A DNA stretch of 64,000 bases. It comes from Eledone cirrhosa. Its lineage: Eukaryota. A program made the translations under genes and the position numbers. A model generated the notes under the pieces. That model saw nothing but the letters and a program-made list of their open reading frames with translations, was not told where the DNA came from and ran no database searches. The number at the start of each line of letters is the position of its first letter. The first letter of the stretch is position 1. Of this stretch, positions 53,630 to 64,000 are shown one piece after another. The stretch is taken from assembly GCA_964016885.1 (NCBI GenBank), contig OZ024740.1, forward strand, positions 386,136,001 to 386,200,000, in the 5' to 3' direction.

Positions 53630-56600
53630 ATGGGAGAGGAGGGAACCACTGGAGAGAGTGGTAGTATATAGACATCTGGTTAGAACGGGAGAGGAGTGAA
53701 CCACTGGAGAGAGTGATACTACATAGACATCTGGTTAGAATGGGAAAGGAGGGAACCACTGGAGAGAGTGGTACTATATAGACATCTGGTTAGAATGGGA
53801 GAGGAGGGAACCACTGGAGAGAGTGGTACTATATAGACATCTGGTTAGAATGACAGAGGAGGGATCCATTGGAGAGAGTGGTACTATATAGACATCTGGT
53901 TAGAATGACAGAGGAGGGATCCATTGGAGAGAGTGGTACTATATAAACATCTGGTTAGAATGGGAGAGGAGGGAACCACTGGAGAGATTGGTACTACATA
54001 GACATCTAGTTACAATGACAGAGGAGGGAACCACTGGCGAGAGTGGTACTACATAGACATCGGGTTAGAATGGCAGAGGAGGGAACCACTTGAAAGATTG
54101 GTAATATATAGACATCTGGTTAGAATGGGAATGGAGGGGACCACTGGAGAGAGTGGTACAATATATCATCTGGTTAGAATGGCAGAGGAGGGAACCACTG
54201 GAGAGAGTGGTACTATATAGACATCTGGTTAGAATGGGAGAGTAGGGAACCACTGGAGAGAGTGGTACTATATAAACATCTGGTTAGAATGGCAGAGGAG
54301 GGACCCATTGGAGAGAGTGGTACTATATAGACATCTGGTTAGAATGGGAGAGTAGGGAACCACTGGAGAGAGTGGTACTATATAGACATCTGGTTAGAAT
54401 GGCAGAGGAGGGAACCACTGGAGAGAGTGGTACTACACAGACATCTGGTTAGAATGGGAGAGGAGGGAACTACTGGAGAGAGTGGTACTATATAAACATC
54501 TGGTTAGAATGGCAGAGGAGGGAACCACTTGATAGAGTGGTACTACATAGACATCTGGTTAGAATGGGAGTGGAGGGAACCACTGGAGAGAGTGGTACTA
54601 TATAGACATCTGGTTAGAATGGGAGAACAGGGAACCACTGGAGAGAGTGCTACTACATAGACATCTGGTTAGAATGGCAGAGGAGGGAACCACTGGAGAG
54701 AGTGATACTACACAGACATCTGGTTAGAATGGGAGAGTAGGGAACCGCTGCAGAGAGTGGTACTATATAGACATCTGGTTAGAATGGCAGAGGAGGGAAA
54801 CACTGGAGAGAGTAGTACTACATAGACATCTGGATAGAATGGGAGAGGAGGGAACCACTGGAGAGAGTGGTACTATATAGAGATCTGGTTAGAATGGCAG
54901 TTGAGGGAACCACTGGAGAGAGTGGTACTACATAGACATCTGGTTAGAATGGCAGAGGAAGTAACCACTGGAGAGAGTGGTACTATATAGACATCTGGTT
55001 AGAATGGCAGTTGTGGGAACCACTGGAGAGATTGGTACTACATAGACATCTAGTTACAATGGCAGAAGAGGGAACCACTGGAGAGATTGGTACTACATAG
55101 ACATCTGGTTAGAATGGCAGAGGAGGGAACCATTGGAGAGAGTGGTACTATATAGACATCTGGTTAGAATGGCAGAGGAGGGAACCACTCGAGAGAGTGG
55201 TACTACACAGACATCTGGTTAGAATGGGAGAGGAGGGAAGCACTGGAGTGAGTGGCACTATAGAGACATCTGGTTAGAATGACAGAGGAGGGAACCACTG
55301 GAGAGATTGGTACTACATAGACATCTAGTTACAATGGCAGAAGAGGGAACCACTGCAGAGAGTGGTACTATATAGACATCTGGTTAGAATGGGAGAGTAG
55401 GGAACCACTGGAGAGAGTGGTACTATATAAACATCTGGTTAGAATGGGAGAGGAGGGAACCACTGGAGAGAGTGGTAGTATATAGACATCTGGTTAGAAC
55501 GGGAGAGGAGTGAACCACTGGAGAGAGTGATACTACATAGACATCTGGTTAGAATGGGAAAAGAGGGAACCACTGGAGAGAGTGGTACTATATAGACATC
55601 TGGTTAGAATGGGAGAGGAGGGAACCACTGGAGAGAGTGGTACTATATAGACATCTGGTTAGAATGACAGAGGAGGGATCCATTGGAGAGAGTGGTACTA
55701 TATAGACATCTGGTTAGAATGACAGAGGAGGGATCCATTGGAGAGAGTGGTACTATATAAACATCTGGTTAGAATGGGAGAGGAGGGAACCACTGGAGAG
55801 ATTGGTACTACATAGACATCTAGTTACAATGACAGAGGAGGGAACCACTGGCGAGAGTGGTACTACATAGACATCGGGTTAGAATGGCAGAGGAGGGAAC
55901 CACTTGAAAGATTGGTAATATATAGACATCTGGTTAGAATGGGAATGGAGGGGACCACTGGAGAGAGTGGTACAATATATCATCTGGTTAGAATGGCAGA
56001 GGAGGGAACCACTGGAGAGAGTGGTACTATATAGACATCTGGTTAGAATGGGAGAGTAGGGAACCACTGGAGAGAGTGGTACTATATAAACATCTGGTTA
56101 GAATGGCAGAGGAGGGACCCATTGGAGAGAGTGGTACTATATAGACATCTGGTTAGAATGGGAGAGTAGGGAACCACTGGAGAGAGTGGTACTATATAGA
56201 CATCTGGTTAGAATGGCAGAGGAGGGAACCACTGGAGAGAGTGGTACTACACAGACATCTGGTTAGAATGGGAGAGGAGGGAACTACTGGAGAGAGTGGT
56301 ACTATATAAACATCTGGTTAGAATGGCAGAGGAGGGAACCACTTGATAGAGTGGTACTACATAGACATCTGGTTAGAATGGGAGTGGAGGGAACCACTGG
56401 AGAGAGTGGTACTATATAGACATCTGGTTAGAATGGGAGAACAGGGAACCACTGGAGAGAGTGCTACTACATAGACATCTGGTTAGAATGGCAGAGGAGG
56501 GAACCACTGGAGAGAGTGATACTACACAGACATCTGGTTAGAATGGGAGAGTAGGGAACCGCTGCAGAGAGTGGTACTATATAGACATCTGGTTAGAATG

Positions 56601-59600
56601 GCAGAGGAGGGAAACACTGGAGAGAGTAGTACTACATAGACATCTGGATAGAATGGGAGAGGAGGGAACCACTGGAGAGAGTGGTACTATATAGAGATCT
56701 GGTTAGAATGGCAGTTGAGGGAACCACTGGAGAGAGTGGTACTACATAGACATCTGGTTAGAATGGCAGAGGAAGTAACCACTGGAGAGAGTGGTACTAT
56801 ATAGACATCTGGTTAGAATGGCAGTTGTGGGAACCACTGGAGAGATTGGTACTACATAGACATCTAGTTACAATGGCAGAAGAGGGAACCACTGGAGAGA
56901 TTGGTACTACATAGACATCTGGTTAGAATGGCAGAGGAGGGAACCATTGGAGAGAGTGGTACTATATAGACATCTGGTTAGAATGGCAGAGGAGGGAACC
57001 ACTCGAGAGAGTGGTACTACACAGACATCTGGTTAGAATGGGAGAGGAGGGAAGCACTGGAGTGAGTGGCACTATAGAGACATCTGGTTAGAATGACAGA
57101 GGAGGGAACCACTGGAGAGATTGGTACTACATAGACATCTAGTTACAATGGCAGAAGAGGGAACCACTGCAGAGAGTGGTACTATATAGACATCTGGTTA
57201 GAATGGGAGAGTAGGGAACCACTGGAGAGAGTGGTACTATATAAACATCTGGTTAGAATGGCAGAGGAGGGACCCATTGGAGAGAGTGGTACTATATAGA
57301 CATCTGGTTAGAATGGGAGAGTAGGGAACCACTGGAGAGAGTGGCACTATATAGACATCTGGTTAGAATGGCAGAGGAGGGAAACACTGGAGAGAGTAGT
57401 ACTACATAGACATCTGGATAGAATGGGAGAGGAGGGAACCACTGGAGAGAGTGGTACTATATAGACATCTGGTTAGAATGGCAGTTGAGGGAACCACTGG
57501 AGAGAGTGGTACTACATAGACATCTGGTTAGAATGGCAGAGGAGTTAACCACTGGAGAGAGTGGTACTATATAGACATCTGGTTAGAATGGCAGTTGAGG
57601 GAACCACTGGAGAGAGTGGTACTACACAGACATCTGGTTAGAATGGCAGAGGAGGGAACCATTGGAGAGAGTGGTACTATATAGACATCTGGTTAGAATG
57701 GCAGAGGAGGGAACCACTGGAGAGAGTGGTACTACACAGACATCTGGTTAGAATGGGAGAGGAGGGAAGCACTGGAGTGAGTGGTACTATAGAGACATCT
57801 GGTTAGAATGACAGAGGAGGGAACCACTGGAGAGATTGGTACTACATAGACATCTAGTTACAATGGCAGAAGAGGGAACCACTGGAGAGATTTGTACTAC
57901 ATAGACATCTGGTTAGAATGGCAGAGGAGGGACCCACTGGAGAGAGTGGTACTATATAGACATCTGGTTAGGATGGGAGAGGAGGGAACCACTGGAGAGA
58001 GTAGTACTACATAGACATCTGGTTAGAATGGTAGAAGAGGGAACCACTGGAGAGAGTAGTACTATATAGACATCTGGTTAGAATGGCAGAGGAGGGACCC
58101 ACTGGAGAGAGTGGTACTATATAGACATCTGGTTAGGATGGGAGAGGAGGGAACCACTGGAGAGAGTGGTACTATATAGACATCTGGTTAGAATGGGAGA
58201 GGAGGGAACCACTGGAGAGAGTGGTAGTATATAGACATCTGGTTAGAACGGGAGAGGAGTGAACCACTGGAGAGAGTGATACTACATAGACATCTGGTTA
58301 GAATGGGAGAGGAGGGAACCACTGGAGAGAGTGGTACTATATAGACATCTTGTTAGCATGGGAGAGTAGGGAACCACTGGAGAGAGAGGTACTATATAGA
58401 CATCTGGTTAGAATGGGAGAGTAGGGAACCACTGGAGAGAGTGGTACTATATAAACATCTGGTTAGAATGGCAGAGGAGGGACCCATTGGAGAGAGTGGT
58501 ACTATATAGACATCTGGTTAGAATGGGAGAGTAGGGAACCACTGGAGAGAGTGGTACTATATAGACATCTGGTTAGAATGGCAGAGGAGGGAACCACTGG
58601 AGAGAGTGGTACTACACAGACATCTGGTTAGAATGGGAGAGGAGGGAACTACTGGAGAGAGTGGTACTATATAAACATCTGGTTAGAATGGCAGAGGAGG
58701 GAACCACTTGATAGAGTGGTACTACATAGACATCTGGTTAGAATGGGAGTGGAGGGAACCACTGGAGAGAGTGGTACTATATAGACATCTGGTTAGAATG
58801 GCACAGGAGGGAAGCACTGGAGAGAGTGGTACTATATAGACATCTGGTTAGAATGGGAGAACAGGGAACCACTGGAGAGAGTGCTACTACATAGACATCT
58901 GGTTAGAATGGCAGAGGAGGGAACCACTGGAGAGAGTGATACTACACAGACATCTGGTTAGAATGGGAGAGTAGGGAACCGCTGCAGAGAGTGGTACTAT
59001 ATAGACATCTGGTTAGAATGGCAGAGGAGGGAAACACTGGAGAGAGTAGTACTACATAGACATCTGGATAGAATGGGAGAGGAGGGAACCACTGGAGAGA
59101 GTGGTACTATATAGACATCTGGTTAGAATGGCAGTTGAGGGAACCACTGGAGAGCGTGGTACTACATAGACATCTGGTTAGAATGGCAGAGGAGGTAACC
59201 ACTGGAGAGAGTGGTACTATATAGACATCTGGTTAGAATGGCAGTTGTGGGAACCACTGGAGAGATTGGTACTACATAGACATCTAGTTACAATGGCAGA
59301 AGAGGGAACCACTGGAGAGATTGGTACTACATAGACATCTGGTTAGAATGGCAGAGGAGGGAACCATTGGAGAGAGTGGTACTATATAGACATCTGGTTA
59401 GAATGGCAGAGGAGGGAACCACTGGAGAGAGTGGTACTACACAGACATCTGGTTAGAATGGGAGAGGAGGGAAGCACTGGAGTGAGTGGCACTATAGAGA
59501 CATCTGGTTAGAATGACAGAGGAGGGAACCACTGGAGAGATTGGTACTACATAGACATCTAGTTACAATGGCAGAAGAGGGAACCACTGCAGAGAGTGGT

Positions 59601-62100
59601 ACTATATAGACATCTGGTTAGAATGGGAGAGTAAGGAACCACTGGAGAGAGTGGTACTATATAAACATCTGGTTAGAATGGCAGAGGAGGGACCCATTGG
59701 AGAGAGTGGTACTATATAGACATCTGGTTAGAATGGGAGAGTAGGGAACCACTGGAGAGAGTGGCACTATATAGACATCTGGTTAGAATGGCAGAGGAGG
59801 GAAACACTGGAGAGAGTAGTACTACATAGACATCTGGATAGAATGGGAGAGGAGGGAACCACTGGAGAGAGTGGTACTATATAGACATCTGGTTAGAATG
59901 GCAGTTGAGGGAACCACTGGAGAGAGTGGTACTACATAGACATCTGGTTAGAATAGCAGAGGAGTTAACCACTGGAGAGAGTGGTACTATATAGACATCT
60001 GGTTAGAATGGCAGTTGAGGGAACCACTGGAGAGAGTGGTACTACACAGACATCTGGTTAGAATGGCAGAGGAGGGAACCATTGGAGGGAGTGGTACTAT
60101 ATAGACATCTGGTTAGAATGGCAGAGGAGGGAACCACTGGAGAGAGTGGTACTACACAGACATCTGGTTAGAATGGGAGAGGAGGGAAGCACTGGAGTGA
60201 GTGGTACTATAGAGACATCTGGTTAGAATGACAGAGGAGGGAACCACTGGAGAGATTGGTACTACATAGACATCTAGTTACAATGGCAGAAGAGGGAACC
60301 ACTGGAGAGATTGGTACTACATAGACATCTGGTTAGAATGGCAGAGGAGGGACCCACTGGAGAGAGTGGTACTATATAGACATCTGGTTAGGATGGGAGA
60401 GGAGGGAACCACTGGAGAGAGTGGTAGTATATAGACATCTGGTTAGAACGGGAGAGTAGGGAACCACTGGAGAAAGTGGTACTATATAAACATCTGGTTA
60501 GAATGGCAGAGGAGGGACCCATTGGAGAGAGTGGTACTATATAGACATCTGGTTAGAATGGGAGAGTAGGGAACCACTGGAGAGAGTGGTACAATATATC
60601 ATCTGGTTAGAATGGCAGAGGAGGGAACCACTGGAGAGAGTGGTACTATATAGACATCTGGTTAGAATGGGAGAGTAGGGAACCACTGGAGAGAGTGGTA
60701 CTATATAAACATCTGGTTAGAATGGCAGAGGAGGGACCCATTGGAGAGAGTGGTACTATATAGACATCTGGTTAGAATGGGAGAGTAGGGAACCACTGGA
60801 GAGAGTGGTACTATATAGACATCTGGTTAGAATGGCAGAGGAGGGAACCACTGGAGAGAGTGGTACTACACAGACATCTGGTTAGAATGGGAGAGGGGGG
60901 AACTACTGGAGAGAGTGGTACTATATAAACATCTGGTTAGAATGGCAGAGGAGGGAACCACTTGATAGAGTGGTACTACATAGACATCTCGTTAGAATGG
61001 GAGTGGAGGGAACCACTGGAGAGAGTGGTACTATATAGACATCTGGTTAGAATGGCACAGGAGGGAAGCACTGGAGAGAGTGGTACTATATAGACATCTG
61101 GTTAGAATGGGAGAACAGGGAACCACTGGAAAGAGTGCTACTACATAGACATCTGGTTAGAATAGCAGAGGAGGGAACCACTGGAGAGAGTGATACTACA
61201 CAGACATCTGGTTAGAATGGGAGAGTAGGGAACCGCTGCAGAGAGTGGTACTATATAGACATCTGGTTAGAATGGCAGAGGAGGGAAACACTGGAGAGAG
61301 TAGTACTACATAAACATCTGGATAGAATGGGAGAGGAGGGAACCACTGGAGAGAGTGGTACTATATAGACATCTGGTTAGAATGGCAGTTGAGCGAACCA
61401 CTGGAGAGAGTGGTACTACATAGACATCTGGTTAGAATGGCAGAGGAGGTAACCACTGGAGAGAGTGGTACTATATAGACATCTGGTTAGAATGGCAGTT
61501 GTGGGAACCACTGGAGAGATTGGTACTACATAGACATCTAGTTACAATGGCAGAAGAGGGAACCACTGGAGAGATTGGTACTACATAGACATCTGGTTAG
61601 AATGGCAGAGGAGGGAACCATTGGAGAGAGTGGTACTATATAGACATCTGGTTAGAATGGCAGAGGAGGGAACCACTGGAGAGAGTGGTACTACACAGAC
61701 ATCTGGTTAGAATGGGAGAGGAGGGAAGCACTGGAGTGAGTGGCACTATAGAGACATCTGGTTAGAATGACAGAGGAGGGAACCACTGGAGAGATTGGTA
61801 CTACTTAGACATCTAGTTACAATGGCAGAAGAGGGAACCACTGCAGAGAGTGGTACTATATAGACATCTGGTTAGAATGGGAGAGTAGGGAACCACTGGA
61901 GAGAGTGGTACTATATAAACATCTGGTTAGAATGGCAGAGGAGGGACCCATTGGAGAGAGTGGTACTATATAGACATCTGGTTAGAATGGGAGAGTAGGG
62001 AACCACTGGAGAGAGTAGTACTACATAGACATCTGGATAGAATGGGAGAGGAGGGAACCACTGGAGAGAGTGGTACTATATAGACATCTGGTTAGAATGG
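53630..62100 (+). repeat. Near-identical 1,814-bp tandem duplication (33 monomers) followed by two related copies; boundaries approximate
   Basis: GGATCC 53862/55676 and 53917/55731, CTCGAG 55188/57002 and ORFs 54065/55879 all have offset 1814. The marker TTGTGGG lies at 55011, 56825, 59245 and 61499 (spacings 1814, 2420, 2254). Confidence 0.9.
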
Positions 62101-64000
62101 CAGTTGAGGGAACCACTGGAGAGAGTGGTACTACATAGACATCTGGTTAGAATGGCAGAGGAGGTAACCACTGGAGAGAGTGGTACTATATATACATCTG
62201 GTTAGAATGGCAGTTGAGGGAACCACTGGAGAGAGTGGTACTACAGAGACATCTGGTTAGAATGGGAGAGGAGGGAAGCACTGGAGTGAGTGGTACTATA
62301 GAGACATCTGGTTAGAATGACAGAGGAGGGAACCACTGGAGAGATTGGTACTACATAGACATCTAGTTACAATGGCAGAAGAGGGAACCACTGGAGAGAT
62401 TGGTACTACATAGACATCTGGTTAGAATGGCAGAGGAGGGAACCATTGGAGAGAGTGGTACTATATAGACATCTGTTTAGAATGGCAGAGGAGGGAACCA
62501 CTTGAAAGATTGGTAATATATAGACATCTGGTTAGAATGGGAATGGAGGGGACCACTGGAGAGAGTGGTACTATATATCATCTGGTTAGAATGGCAGAGG
62601 AGGGAACCACTGGAGAGAGTGGTACTATATAGACATCTGGTTAGAATGGCAGAGGAGGGACCCATTGGAGAGAGTGGTACTATATAGACATCTGGTTAGA
62701 ATGGGAGAGTAGGGAACCACTGCAGAGAGTGGTACTATATAGACATCTGGTTAGAATGGCAGAGGAGGGAAACACTGGAGAGAGTAGTACTACATAGACA
62801 TCTGGATAGAATGGGAGAGGAGGGAACCACTGGAGAGAATGGTACTATATAGACATCTGGTTAGAATGGCAGTTGAGGGAACCACTGGAGAGAGTGGTAC
62901 TACATAGACATCTGGTTAGAATGGCAGAGGAGGTAACCACTGGAGAGAGTGGTACTATATATACATCTGGTTAGAATGGCAGTTGAGGGAACCACTGGAG
63001 AGAGTGGTACTACACAGACATCTGGTTAGAATGGGAGAGGAGGGAAGCACTGGAGTGAGTGGTACTATAGAGACATCTGGTTAGAATGACAGAGGAGGGA
63101 ACCACTGGAGAGATTGGTACTACATAGACATCTAGTTACAATGGCAGAAGAGGGAACCACTGGAGAGATTGGTACTACATAGACATCTGGTTAGAATGGC
63201 AGAGGAGGGAACCACTGCAGAGAGTGGTACTATATACACATCTGGTTAGAATTGGAGAGGAGGAAACCACTGGAGAGAGTGGTACTATATAGACATCTAG
63301 TTACAATGGCAGAAGAGGGAACCACTGGAGAGAGTAGTACTATATAGACATCTGGTTAGAATGGCAGAGGAGGGACCCACTGGAGAGAGTGGTACTACAT
63401 AGACATCTTGTTAGGATGGGAGAGGAAGGAACCACTGGAGAGAGTGGTACTATATAGACATCTGGTTAGAATGGCAGAGGAACGAACCACTGGAGAGAGT
63501 GGTACTACACAGACATCTGGTTAGGATGGGAGAGGAGGGAACCACTGGAGAGAGTGGTAGTATATAGACATCTGGTTAGAATGGGAGAGGAGGGAACCAC
63601 TGGAGAGAGTGGTACTATATAGACATCTTGTTAGCATGGGAGAGGAGGGAACCACTGGAGAGAGTGGTAGTATATAGATATCTGGTTAGAATGGGAGAGG
63701 AGGGAACCACTTGAGAGAGTGGTACTATATAGACATCTGGTTAGAATGGGAGAGGAGTGAACCACTGGAGAGAGTGATACTACATAGTCATCGGGGTAGA
63801 ATGGCAGAGGAGGCAACCACTTGATAGAGTGGTACTATATAGACATCTGGTTAGAATGGCAGAGGAGGGAACCACTGGAGAGAGTGGTACTATATAGACA
63901 TCTGGTTAGAATGGCACAGGAGGGAAGCACTGGAGAGAGTGGTACTACATAGACATCTGGTTAGAATGGGAGAGGAGGGAACCACTGGAGTGAGTGGTAC

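Larger units (their letters stand above)
1..64000 (+). repeat. 55-bp tandem repeat array (satellite / giant minisatellite), about 1,164 head-to-tail monomers, running off both window ends
   Basis: The monomer start GAGGAGGGAA recurs at 1, 661, 1321 and 1981 (every 12x55 bp). The last monomer starts at 63972, which equals 1164x55 minus a net 49 bp of small indels that I tallied by eye. Consensus composition is G19 A18 T11 C7 (47% GC, 67% purine on +). Most monomers differ from consensus by only a few bases. The commonest dimorphisms are TATAT/TACAT and TGGCA/TGGGA. Confidence 0.99.

Noticed and set aside
2520-62665. Sixteen near-identical 62/67-aa minus-strand ORFs (mostly MVPYSPI...KWFPPLPF) resembling a multicopy small-protein family
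   Set aside because: Each coincides with cassette C, where the 1-bp-shorter monomer and a GTAAT allele happen to bypass the periodic stops. They mostly begin at non-ATG codons, consist wholly of translated repeat, and resemble no domain I recognise.
1-64000. CRISPR array (regular period, palindromic repeat)
   Set aside because: There are no unique spacers: the whole 55 bp is repeated with only point variants. No cas genes or leader sequence are present.
1-64000. Pure sequencing or rolling-circle amplification artefact
   Set aside because: Variants recur as linked, ordered haplotypes with several different nested periods and position-specific alleles, which random errors or one circular template would not produce. 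The copy number of individual duplications could still be misassembled.

Overview
The whole 64-kb window is one uninterrupted, single-orientation tandem array (satellite or very long minisatellite) of a 55-bp monomer. The consensus is GAGGAGGGAACCACTGGAGAGAGTGGTACTAYATAGACATCTGGTTAGAATGGSA. By hand count there are about 1,164 complete monomers (1-63971) plus a partial one. I found no unique sequence, insertion, inversion, credible gene, RNA gene or CRISPR spacer, and all 20 listed ORFs are by-products of repeat variants. The information lies in the order of variant monomers. These form recurring ordered cassettes of 4-8 monomers, which are nested in 1.7-4.4 kb tandem duplications and in mosaic copies 12.4-13.4 kb apart, always joined in exact monomer register. 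Each monomer carries a small inverted repeat (one allele has a compensatory double change), a CTATATAG palindrome, a purine tract and one telomere-like GGTTAG hexamer on a G-rich strand. A eukaryotic origin is likely but inferred; the organism and function cannot be determined from this window. All counts and offsets were read by eye.
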